NCBI RefSeq assembly: GCF_009914755.1
Contig: NC_060929.1
Reading direction: 5' to 3' (one strand)
Origin: the human T2T-CHM13v2.0 reference genome, Homo sapiens
DNA: 64,000 bases
In this document: positions 1 through 12,942 of the stretch, piece by piece
Layout of the letters: the number at the start of each line of letters is the position of its first letter
Numbering within the stretch: position 1 is the stretch's first letter
The notes under the pieces: generated by a model
Database searches by the model: none
Told to the model about the DNA's origin: nothing
What the model saw: only the letters and a program-made list of their open reading frames with translations
Position numbers and translations under genes: made by a program

Positions 1-548
1 TACAACCATGTTGAAAAACAGTTTGGGAGTTTCTTACAAAGTTAGACATACACCCGGCTTATGACCCAGTAATTTCACTCCTAGGTATTTACTCAAGAAA
101 AATGAGAATAGATGTCCACAAAAAGACTTGTTTGAGAATGTTTACTGGCACTTTATTATATTGCAAAAAATTTAGAAACAATTCCAACATTCTCCCAATA
201 GAAGAACAAATAAACAAATTGTGATAAATTTATACAATAGAATTCTACTAGCAACAAAAAGGAAAGAACTACTGATATATACAACAATATGGATAAATCT
301 CAAAAACATTATGTTGAACAGAAGGAACTGTACACAAAGCGAGTACATGTGGTAAGAACAGGCAAAACTGATCTAGAGGATAGAATTCAGAGTACAGGAA
401 TTGACTAGGAAAGATGGCAGCAATATTCTAGGCCTTGCTTAGGGTGTTGGTGGTTACATACATTTGTCAAAACTCATCGAACTGCATAGTTAAGAACTGT
501 GCATCTTAATGAATATAGTTGTACCTCACTAAAAATTTTAAAACAAAA
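1..548 (+). mobile_element. Old L1M (L1MC/ME-like) 3' end fragment
   Basis: Motifs such as ATGACCCAGTAATTTCACTCCTAGGTATTTA, CTCAAAAACATTATGTTGA and CATTTGTCAAAACTCATCGAACTG match old mammalian L1 3' ends; A-rich end. Confidence 0.8.
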
Positions 549-1060
549 ATGAATGAGTGAGTGAGCAAGCAATGAACTAATAAACAAAATTTCACTGTGG
601 GCTAGAATAGCCAAGCTAGACCTCATGAAGACATTCAACTGTACTGGTGAGACTTGACTGACAGGAAAGAAGTGGATAAGACCATCCTGTATGAGTGGGA
701 AGAAGAGAGAGAGTGATATAACAAAAGGAAAAACCACAAAAACATGCCTCTAATGTTTTCCTCCTTTCCTTTATAAGCAATCAAAAACTACAGAGCATTG
801 AGACAGACATAAAACAAATAGGCTTATACCAACAGTAAGTGTTAATGCCCCTGTGCATAGACTGGCAGCTGAGAGTATTTGGGTTGTTATCACCTCAAGT
901 TCCACCAGCAGCTATGGTCCATGGCTGACCTTAACCAAAGGTGAGAGTGGAGAACTACCCTCTTTCCCAAGAGGAAAGGAGTATCTTTGCTACTTACATT
1001 GGCTCCTGAAATTTTTATCTCAGCCAGATGTAACCTGGGGTCATTATCAATGTTTAAACC

Positions 1061-1365
1061 TTTTTTGTTTTGTTTTGAGATGGGGTCTCACTCTGTCATC
1101 TAGCCTGCAGTGCAATAGCTGCAGATCATGGCTCACTGCAGCCTCAAACTCCTGGGCTCAAGTGATTCTCTGCCTCCTGAGCAGCTAGGACTACAGGCAC
1201 TAGGTACACGCCACTACGCCTGGATAATTTTCTTATTTTTCTTTTGTAGAGACAGGGGCTTGCTGTGTTGCCCAGGCTGGCCTCGAAGTCCCAGCCTCAA
1301 GCAGGATCCTCCTGCTTTGGCCTCCCAAAGTGTTGGGATTACAGGTGTGGGCCATTGGGCCCAAC
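1061..1365 (-). mobile_element. AluJ
   Basis: Full dimer with J-type GCAGCCTCAAACTCCTGGGCTCAAG; TSD TCAATGTTTAAAC at 1047-1059 and 1366-1378. Confidence 0.92.
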
Positions 1366-1583
1366 TCAATGTTTAAACATTTACTTCATGGAAAAACAAG
1401 GTGTCCTTGCACCTCAGACTTCATTTTTTCAGGAGTTCAGGTCTATTGCCTAGTGCGCTGAGAGCTGGCTTCTGGTCTTGCCAGTTCTAAGATGAATTCA
1501 GATGTAGATGAGTTCTAAGATGGAGCACAGGGTGCCCTGCCCACTCTCAGCTCAAGGTAAAATTCCACCCTCCCAAGGATGTT

Positions 1584-1626
1584 CAGATGACAATCACTCA
1601 GACCCCAGATGACAATCACTCAGACC
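1584..1626. repeat. 22-bp tandem duplication (CAGATGACAATCACTCAGACC x2)
   Basis: Identical 21-mers at 1584-1604 and 1606-1626. Confidence 0.95.
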
Positions 1627-3823
1627 ACTGGAAGGAAACAATTGTTCAACAGACCAAAAGTGATAGAGGCAAATGGTTGATAATGGTTGGAAATAATAGA
1701 AAAAGAAATCTCCTTTTTCTCTATCTTTACAGATAGATCAAGCACACATTTGAACAATTTAAATGAAAGAAATGGAGGATCTATGTTTTATAAAACAAAA
1801 ATTCACAAAATACTAGGAACAATTTTTCCTTACATTTTGTGGAGACCACAATTTTATCATCTAAGAGTTTCTGTCCCTCGATCTCAGCCTTGCTTACCCT
1901 CTATGTCATTGATGGGAGGGACAGAACAGTGAGAGAAATATTTTCACTCTCACTGCTTGGTCCAGGAGTTGGGTTACAGTCACGTGGCTCTAGAAGTGTG
2001 GAACCAGCGGATTTATATTTTTAGAAGCAACTGGCAAGGTATATATGGAAAAGAGGTCAAAAAGGATAGGGGCAAAGATTGGGCAATGTGTAGTCACTTC
2101 CTTTTCTAGTGTCATCTTACTTTTCATGTGTTAACCATGTGAGCATTTCTTGTTTCCCTTTAGATACAAGGAAAGAGGGCAGGCAGGAATTAAGTGAGTG
2201 GTGTAATCAGCCCAGCAAGTTTCTACCAATGGTTGATAATTCAGCCCTCCTAACTTCAGATCCCTTCTCCTGCCTTGAACCAGGGCCATTTCCTCTTTGA
2301 TCAAATGCACCTTGTTAGGGTTTATGGAAGCAAACCTTCAGAATTCAAAAGGCGCTTCCCAAAAGTGCCATAGTCATTTACTAGAAATTTTTATGAAAGC
2401 AAGACTTTTTTTTGTCATCCAAAGAAAAGATGCTATAATTTCCTCTTTTCTGTCTAACAGTAATTATGGCTGCCTAAGTGAATGAAGATGATTCTTCAGA
2501 AATGGAGATGGAGAGAGCCTAAGTGCCCCACTCTTTGCCAGGTGCTTCATTAGAGAGGCCAGGGAAAGTCACAGCAAGGAAGAGCATGTATAGCTTATAA
2601 CAACAAGCAGCAGGAGGGCAGCCTTGAAAGCCAGGCCACTCATTGCCTTGAGACAAAGCTATTCTAATTCTTCTGTCTTCCCCTTGGCCTCTCAACATCT
2701 GAACTTTGCGGACTCAGCTCAGAGAGAAAGAATTACTGCAGGGCAGAGGAGATAGGTACACTCACCACCATAGCTTAGCTGGAACGAGAAAGAAACAGGT
2801 CATAATTTTGGGGAAACCAAAGAAATGCCAGCTCTTTTTCCTGCCTTGGAGAAATTGGAAAGGGGACAGAGAAGTGAAAGAAGGCAGAGGGGCAAACAGT
2901 AAGACCTTTTCCTGACTACTCCTTCCTGAGGCTTGGCCTGCAGGAATGGGGATGACAGGTACAAGGAGGAGAGCATGAAAGGCAAGGGCATCTTCTTTCA
3001 GTTCCCACGTGGGATTCCAGGAGTAGAGGTCAAAACACATGGTCACACAGAAGGAGGCCTGATTGGTACTCAGGAGCTAACCCAGTTCCTGCATGGGATG
3101 AATATGGAATTGAAGGTCACTGGGGTGGACAAGCTGACCTCATAGCAAAGGATGAGTGAACCACTAGCCCAGGGCACTGCTGGAGAAGTCACAGAAATCC
3201 TAGGACCTGCCTCCTGTGAGATCTGAAAGGAAGTTGAGTCCTTAAGGGGGAGATGGCCCATCCTTCCAGGGAGCATATGCAAGCCAAAATAACAGATCAC
3301 AAGTACTGGTCAAAAACAGCAACTGTGGAGGCCACTACAGCACCCAGAAACCCGAAAACCAAAGGCACCCAGGTCATTGCTTTAGAGGCCAATCAAGAAT
3401 AAGCCAATACAAACAGAAAACCAGCATGAAGCTAAGCATCTCATCTTTGCACAATGCCATGAGAGTATATAAGGTCTCTCCCCAAACCCCCATATTGGAT
3501 GACATCTTAGGGAAGAAGTAACCTTCCTGGAAGATGAAAGCAACCTCCAGAGACTGTTTTTATTCAAATGATGCATTGCCCACAGAGACCATTTAAGTTA
3601 TTGTATCAGACTCAAGTTTAGTGGTGTAAGGGCGTGATAGAAAAATCAAATTAGCTATTAATATTATTTGTCAAGCCATTAAGTACAGAAAAATTGAAGA
3701 AGCTCTATTCTCTCCAATCATCTTATTTGTGCTGTATGTTAAAGTTTATAAATATCCAGTATAGTATGGGGTCTATCTCCTAATGTTTTTGTTTTTCTAG
3801 GATATTAGTAATGTGTCCCATGA

Positions 3824-4174
<351 letters not shown>

Positions 4175-4479
4175 GGAACACCAGTTTTAAAAGCAGATCC
4201 AATACTGAGACATAATGATATAACACTTTACTGATAGAACAAAGGCATTTCAATAGTTTAAAGGGAAATGGAATAAAATGCAGATCATCAAGTGAAAGGC
4301 CCTACAGAATCACTTAACTTTCATTTTATTTTTGTCTTCTTTGTAAAATAAAATTGTTACTTAGCCTGGAAAAGTTTCAAAAGATATGGTAATTTCCTAA
4401 ATATGTTCACATCTCCTTGCCAAGAAAAAAATACCTTTCAAGATACAAAAAGAACCTGTACAATGAAAGCATCCAACCA

Positions 4480-5880
4480 CTGTCACTGATCTTTCAAGAA
4501 TTTTGAAAAATGGGGAAAACTACAGAAAAAGTGAATATGGTCACATGTAGAACAGATGTTCAAAAAAGAAAGAAGGTTGATGCTGTAAACTAGAAGCTGG
4601 TGACCTTGATATCAGTCCTAGACCAGAGTCTAGAATGGAGAGTTGGGGCTGGTCCCTGCTCCCTTAGCACGGGGAATGATGATCAGTTAAAACCAACACA
4701 ATTTCACTATGTGTTCGTAGTGTTCATTTGTTCAACTTTTGCCACACTGGCCCTTTTGCTCTCTGTGGCAATGGTGCTAGACTCATTAAAAGCATGCTTT
4801 AGAAATTTTGCTGTTGAATTTTAGCAAGGGATTTGGCAAGGTGATCTTGCTGATGGAAAAGAAGGAAAAATGTGACTGAGTCACAGTACAATGGGCTTGT
4901 AACTTGATCAGAATAGTGACCAAAGCCAAGCATGATGGTTGGTCTGGTGTGGGTTGGAGCTCTCTGTCCTTGGCTTGGTTCTATTTTTTGAGGTAATGAC
5001 TTGAATAAAAAGAGCAATGGCAGCTGATGAAATCCATGGGCGGCATGAAGCTTTAAGGGAATGGCTAATATATTTGGGGGCAAGATCAGGATCCAACAAG
5101 ATTCCAGTAGGCTAAAAGGATGAGCAGTTCCAACCCAATTTATATTTCATAGTCCTGCTTTTTGGTGGTGGGCCCTCTGTGTCCGTCTTCCAAGAAAGAT
5201 CAGCAACAAAAACATCACATCAGTACAGAGGACAAAATAGCACCAAGCTCAAGATTATCTGCTCTGGAGTCAGACCCGTTTAGGCAAGTCTCTACTGGTG
5301 GGAGCCTCAGCCTAACCCAGTGTGGAGCTAAGGTTACTTACTACCTCATTGGGTTAATGAGAGGATTAAATGAGATGCAAAAGATTCAAAGCATTTAGCA
5401 CATTGTTTTGCCTATAATAAGCACTCAACAGATAATAACTATATATAGGTACATACACACACGGTAGCTTAGCAGGAGCATGTGTGAAAAAGACTTGTAG
5501 TTTTAATTGACTCCAAGTTCAACATAAGCCAGTGATCTGATGTAGCCTCCAAAAATAACTGATCAGACTTCAGCTGTCTTTAAAGAGCCATGGTAGGCTG
5601 AATATGTGTAGTGAAAATTCTTGCCAGATTCCACATGGACAGACCACAATGGGAGCCCCATGCTCTGCTCCCAGTAATTCACCATTAACGCGGACCTCAG
5701 TAAACAGAAACCCATCCAGCTAGGATGACCTAAGACAACAAGGGCGCTTAAGACCTTGGCCTATGAAGAACTGGACTTGTTTAGCCTGGAAGGACGAATA
5801 CTTAGGGCATCATGACAGCTGTTTCACATATTTTTAGGACAGTCACATGAAAGAGGAATTAGTGTTCAATGTGGAGCTAA
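4480..5880 (+). mobile_element. L3/CR1 LINE relic (RT region and 3' part), interrupted by a MIR
   Basis: Degenerate CR1 ORF2 motifs: FKK..D..N..LVTLISV (~4560-4620), LNFSK (~4815), IRIQQD (~5085), CEKDL (~5480), EELDLFSLE (~5765). Confidence 0.7.
5255..5440 (+). mobile_element. MIR
   Basis: GCTCTGGAGTCAGAC...GAGGATTAAATGAGAT...TAAGCACTCAA. Confidence 0.8.
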
Positions 5881-8800
5881 ACTGTTATACAAAATCTTTT
5901 TACATAGGAAATGCCAGGGGCTTGGAAATGGCACTGATTAAAAGTATAAACCTTAGTAATGAAACAAGAGGTTTCACTATGCCTTGAAAAAGTCTAGTTT
6001 AGCCTTAAGCCATTTTTTTACATTGTTAAGATTAGGAAACCTTCTCTCTGAAAAAGCTGTTTCCAGAGATTTTGATCAGCATTATGATTAGGTACACACC
6101 GTCACCATTCCATTTTTAGTGGGAAGAAAATTAAATAAGGGAAAGGCACTTCAGTAATTTTCCCAGGTCTGAGGGGATGACTAGAACCCACCACTCCATT
6201 TTTCTCACTCTTCACACCTGTCTGCTCAATTGATGGGCTATGATGCCTCTTATCTCAATTAGCAACCTCCTTGGAGTTGTGAATATGGTGATGGTTTGAG
6301 ATAACATTCCTCCCCACCATCCTGACTGTTTAAGCTGTATTCCCATCAATACTCTTAAAGATCCAGCTCATTAGAGTAGTGTGATGAAAGCATTTTGGTG
6401 GAGAGGTATGCAGCTGGCTGCCATGCGTGGAACCCAGAGCAACACTTAGTGACTTCAGCTTGAGCACCATCTCAGATTCTCATTTTTACATTGCCTTAAG
6501 ACTCTCGCAGTTTTAAAATAAGCTACATTTTTAAAAGAACCAGAATCAAGTAATTTGTATTCTGGTCACAATATAGGGCTTTGATGGAACAGGCTTAGAT
6601 TCCTCTCACCTGATCACTGCATCTAAATGAGAAAAAACGGAATCCCATTCACAATGCAAATATTACAGAAAACCAGAAACCATTCTGCCTTATAATCAAA
6701 ACGAGAAAGCTGTTATTGTAGCTCTGCACCATTTCCAGAGGCTATTAATTCACTGCAAAACCCTGTCCTAAAATGAAAGCCTCGGCAGCATGACATTGTC
6801 TCTCCTAAAGAACCACTTTGTCTTAGCAGCGTCGCTTCCAAAGTCATGGATGAAGTTGGCTGACAAGAACTGATTTGGGCACTTTGTTCTGGTCACATAC
6901 TTTTCTAGAAATAAAATATTAATGTGAGCCAGAGTGAGGCAGAAATTAAGTAATTCAGACAATGACTGCCTGGTGACATTTATTAGAGATAGAAACTATT
7001 AGAGTGCTTTTCTGACTTAATAGTATATTTTCTAATCATGATGAACTTCTTGAGGTAAGTCTAACACCATTAACTGTTGATTCTGAATATTTAAAGCATT
7101 GTTTGAAGAATCTCCCCAAGGGTTTAAATTTTTTTTTCCTTTCTTCCGTAGGATATTATATGGCAGCAAACTTCAAAGGATCCAACAGCGATTTTCAATT
7201 ATATGTATTATTAGCTCCATAATCAGCCAGCATATTAAAAAGAGCAAAGGCAGTAACTTTGAGCACTTGGGATTGGCATCAGGTTTCAAAGTTACATTTG
7301 GCTCTTGTGCAGGGTAACAGACTTGGTGAAGATTTTTATTCCAGTTCTTTATTATTTTGTTTTGTCTCATTTCAATTCTCTACCAATGGTTTTCAAAGTT
7401 TCAGACAGCATTGTTGCCTTCACCCCAAGGTAAAAATCAAACCAAAATGTTTTAGGTGTTTCTTTCTTTTTTTTAATGATTTTTGGGTTCTTATACCACC
7501 AGTCTGTTTCTCTTTGTTTTTTCTCTTGGATATTTTTTCTTGAATTTTGGCATTCATTTTAATACATTGAATTATTAGATCATTGCTAGATCATTTCTAA
7601 AAGTATATAAAATTACACTGTCATGAATTTTAATGATGCTGATTGCCACTGATATAGCAAAACACAAAAGAGTTCTGATCATTGTAGGGCAATGATACCA
7701 CCCTGAATTGAGAGTCCTGAGGAAATAGGATCAGTGCATCTGGAGGTTTATTTTTCCTTTTGGGCGGGGGGTGGTTTAAATGATGATTTCTAAGCACCAT
7801 CTCCAATTTAACTGGAGACAGCACTCTCCATCTCCAATCCTCGCACTTCAGTGTCATAGCTCTGCTATGAGTCAGTTTCCCAAAGAGGGGCTGGAAATTT
7901 ATTCGGAGTAGAAGAGGATGTTGCTTATACAAACAGTCACATCAATCAAATGCTCTGGAATTCAAAACAACTATAATGACTTGATTCATGGAAGAATGTT
8001 ATGTGCTTTAAAAACCAAGGCAGCATTGTTAGGTTGGGGGGACAGGGACAGGCACACTAAAAAGAAACAGAGAAGAGGATGGGGCCTGAGATTGGACTAG
8101 GGAGGAGAGGTCTGATGCCGGGGCTCCATCCAAAGCAGGGCATGTTCAACTATTGGTATCTACTTCTCTGCAGTTTCCAAGAAGAAAAAGAGCTTCAAGC
8201 AACCAGCCTTTTACAGACACTCGTTCACAACCTCCCAGTGATTTACAACCACAGCCAGGGTGGTTATGGCTGGACCAGGCCCAGCAACCACTCTCAAATT
8301 TGGCCGTGGGGCAGCAGCCAAATTTCACAGGCTGGTTACAAAATTCATGCAGCATGGTGATCATCCTCAGGCTTAGAGTGAGTTGGGCATATTGAAAAAT
8401 AGAGCAATGCTTCAGCTTTCATTTGCCACAAGGCAAATGCTCGGAGATGGCCCCAAGGTCAAGAGCCCCTTCCTCCCAGATGGCTGTCTTGACCATGGTT
8501 TCACAGGCAACTTTTGCCTTCAATTCTGCAGAACTGTGCTGGGGGCATGTACTACAGATGGCTTGTTGGCTCCCATTTTTCCCCTGTCCCCTTTATAATT
8601 TAGAAAGAGGCTTAGCTCCTTATCTAATACTTGGAATGTGATACTCAATGTATATTAACTGCTGAACTGAGAACATTTTTAACATTCTCAATTGTAAGAT
8701 AGTAGGGGCAAGGCCTTAGTCAGCAAATAGAGGCTAACATATTTTCACCTACTAAAATTGCAAGATATTATGAAGTGTGGTAACAGACAATTCATAGCAC

Positions 8801-8923
8801 TTCATGAGACATACAGGTTACATATCCAAAGTGTACCTCTCCTGCTTTATTGTGTCATTACAGACAACAGTTATATTTACTACAGATATCTACAGGTTGA
8901 GTGAGGAAAGCACTGCCAAGTTA

Positions 8924-9179
<256 letters not shown>

Positions 9180-9734
9180 TTACAAATCAAAGCCTGGCAG
9201 AACTACACAGAGAAACCAATCCCTTCTAGTCCTTTGCTTTCTTATTTCACTGATGTTGATGGAGAGGATCAAGAGCTTGGTTTACCATGAGAGCAAAGGA
9301 AGAGTAGTGAAAATTTTACTGGTTCAAGTAATTTAAGACAATACAGAAATGCACTTTGCAAAAAGACCATCAAGAGTTTAGATCAACAAAATAGAGGGTG
9401 TTGGGTGTGCCAACAGGCCCCTAGCCTCTGTTTCACCAAAAAACCTCACCATAACCTGCAAAAAGAAGAATCCTTTGAATCCAAGTCTGTCTTAACCAAT
9501 AAACAGGTCCAATGGCCACACAGCCTCACCTCTCACCACTCCCACCTCTACTGAGATTCAAAAGCTGATAGAAAACTACTTGAAGTCTGTGGATAAAATG
9601 AATTTAAAGATATGAGGACTAAGAAAGTGGTGAGTGCTGAATATTTGTGGTTCACTGAGTTCTTTGGAGAAAAAGTGAAATATACCAGTATAAATTTACA
9701 CTGTTATTACTAATTGTCCAAAATTCAGGTATTC

Positions 9735-11490
9735 TTCCTAGGAATACAGCTAGCAAGGGAGGTGAAAGAGCTCTACAAGGGGAACTACAAACCACTGCTC
9801 AAACAAATCAGAGATGACACAAACAAATGGAAAAACATTCCATGCTCATGGATAGGAAGAATCAATATCATTAAAATGGCCATATTGCCCAAAGCAATTT
9901 ATAAATTCAATGTTATTCCCATTAAAATACCAGTGACTTTCTTCACAGAACTAGAGAAAACTATTTTAAAATTTGTATGGAACCAAAAAATAGCCCAAAT
10001 GTCCAAGGCAATCCTAAGTAAAAAGAACAAAGCTGGAAACATCATGCTACCTGACTTCAAACTATACTACAGGGATACAGTAACCAAAACAGCTTGGTAC
10101 TGGCACAAGAAAGACACATAGACCAGTGGAACAGAATAGAGAACTCAGAAATAAGACTGCACACCTACAGCTATCTGATCTTCGACAAATCTGACAAAAA
10201 CAAGCAACGGGGAAAGGATTCTCTATTTAATAAATTGTGCTGGGATAACTGGCTGGACATATGCAGAAAATTGAAACTGAACCCCTTCCTTACACCATGC
10301 ACAAAAATTAACTCAAGATGGATTAAAGACTTAAATGTAAAATTCAAAACTATAAAAACCCTGGAAGACAACCTAGGCAATACTGTTCTGGACACAGTCA
10401 CGGGCAAAGATTTCATGACAAAGACACCAAAAGCAATCGCAACAAAAGCAAAACTTGACAAGTGGGATCTAATTAAACTAAAGAGCTTCTGCACAGCAAA
10501 AGAAACTATCATCAGAGTGAACAGACAACCAACAGAATGGGAGAAAATTTTTGAAAACTATATTTCTGACAAAGGTCTAATATCCAGCAAGTATAAGGAA
10601 TTTAAACAAATTTACAAGAAAAAAACAAACAACCCCATTAAAAACTGGGCAAAGGACATGAACAGATACTTCTCAAAAGAAGACATACATGCAGCCAACA
10701 GGCATATGAAAAAAAGCTCAACATCACTGATCATTAGACAAATGCAAATAAAAACCACAATGAGATGCCATCTCACACCAGTCAGAATGGTTATTATTAA
10801 GAAAGTAAAAAAAAATAAATAAATAACAGATGCTGGTGATGTTGTGGAGAAAAAAGAATGCTTATACACTGTTGGTGGGAGTGTAAATTAGTTCAACCAT
10901 TGTGGAAGACAGTGTGGTGATTCCTCACTGTGGCAATTTATATTCCTTTGGATATACACCCAGCAATCCCATTACTTGGTATATGTCCAAATGAATATTG
11001 ATCATTCTTTTATAAAGACACATGCACTCGTATGTTCATTGCAGTATTATTCACAATAGCAAGGACTTGAAACCAACCTAAATGCCCATCAATGATAGAC
11101 TGGATTAAGAAAATGTGGTACTTATATACCATGGAATATTATGCAGCCATAAAATACAATGAGATCATGTCCTTTGCAGGGATATGGTTGAAGCTGGAGG
11201 CCATTATCCTTAGCAAACTAATGCAGGAACAGAAAACTAAATACTGCATGTTCTCACTCATAAGTGGGAGCTAAATGATGAGAAAACATGGACACATGGA
11301 GGGGAACAACACATACTGGAGCCTATCAGAGGGTGGAGAGTGAGGGGAGGGAGGGGATCAGGAAAAATAACTAATGGGTACTAGGCTTAATAACTGGGTG
11401 TTGAAATAATCTGTACAACAAACCCCCATGACACAAGTTTACCTGTGTAACAAACCTGCATTTGTATCCCTGAACTTAAAAGTTAAGAAA
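9735..11490 (+). mobile_element. 5'-truncated L1 (L1PA13-16-like): frameshifted ORF2 C-terminus and 3'UTR
   Basis: ORFs 9714-10121 and 10094-10822 translate to L1 ORF2 ([29 protein letters not shown]); 3'UTR GGATCAGGAAAAATAACTAATGGGTACTAGGCTTAATA. Confidence 0.93.
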
Positions 11491-12894
11491 AATTCTCACT
11501 CACTCACTCTCTCCCTCTCTCTCTTAAAAATGTTCTTAGGAAATATTTCTAAGCATTCACTGGTCTTGAACTTGACAAGAAAACCTGAGGATCCTTTTTT
11601 CATGGAAACACACACCTTGTCTTTACATTTGGCCTGTTGTTTAATTTCACCTGCTTTGGCTTCTAAGGTTAGCCATGCAATTTTAGGGCAGTGCCAATGG
11701 GAGGGTTATTCAGTACTTTGTCTGTTGCATCTGAAAGCCATACTAAGGGAACTTGGCCTAATACAGTGGTGTTGGAATCCAGTTCTTTCCTTGCAGTAGA
11801 GGGGAAAACAATCCTTTTTTTAAGTTGCATACAAAAGCATGTGCAACTAGTTCCACAGGTATTGCAGAATGCAGTTATCTTTCCCCATATAGACACTGTT
11901 CCTTTAATCCTAGAGGATTTTCCTGTAAAAATATCTATTTTAAAAAGAAAAAAAAAAAGGAAGATTTCTTTCTCCCTAAGAATCTCACCCCAAACCAAAT
12001 CAAAACAAAACATTAAAGAGTTCTTAAATTAAACATTTTTTCAAGATCAGATAAGGGTCTTCCAGGCCAGAGAGATGCAATGGAAAATATTTTGGACCAT
12101 AATTGGACTTTCTAGGAATGAAAAAAGCAATGTTGAGTTCCCAATGTTTACCTTTGACATTCTTCTCTTATAGCAGACTTTTGACTTGGAACCTTGTCAC
12201 AGGTCCACCTGTCACTGCCCGAAGAATAATGTAGCCCCATCCCAGGACAGAGTCTAACCAAGGCATAATTTCTACAGTTGTAAACTTCCTGTCCACAGGC
12301 GAGTGCAGATTGGCTAATGCATCCACCCTGCCATGAACATCATAAATATCACAAGCAATCTCTCTTTCTTAACATGGTTCCCTCCAATTTACCCCATTAG
12401 CAAACAAAACTGAAAGTTAAAATGGAAAGCTTGAACATCAACAATATGTCAGCCTGGTATTCACTTACACATATTCACATGCATGCACTTGAGCAAGATG
12501 TGTCCAATTCTGGAAAAATTGTGCTTTATAGTTTGCAAAAAACTTTCATGCCCATCCTTACAACTGTGAAGTGTATGGGGCCAAGAGAAGGAGTGCTGGT
12601 GGAAGAGGCAGCTATAATTACCTGTATTATCTTCTTAGGTGAACCTAAGGCTTGCATAAGTAAAAGTGATTTTTTCCCATGGTGTCTGAGCTAATAAATG
12701 ATACAGTGAGGAGTATAACTTGGGTTGTCAGATCCTTAGTCCAGTTACCTTAAACCCTACCACTCATTTTGCCTCCGTCTCTAATTTTGACTTTTTCTGC
12801 AGCCTATAATCCTGCTGGAGTTTTCCCCTTATAGAAATAATTGAGCAGACAGATTTGAAAAAGCCCAGGGATTATGCTCCTAGAATTTGAGAGA

Positions 12895-12899
<5 letters not shown>

Positions 12900-12940
<41 letters not shown>
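12900..12940. repeat. (CA)20 microsatellite
   Basis: Perfect AC run. Confidence 0.98.

Positions 12941-12942
<2 letters not shown>

Noticed and set aside
6645-6662. ATGCAAAT with upstream CATTCAC as a Sox-Oct composite
   Set aside because: The Sox half does not fit the consensus; a single octamer is uninformative.
9714-10822. 135 aa and 242 aa ORFs
   Set aside because: Frameshifted L1 ORF2 C-terminus in a 5'-truncated copy, not a host gene.
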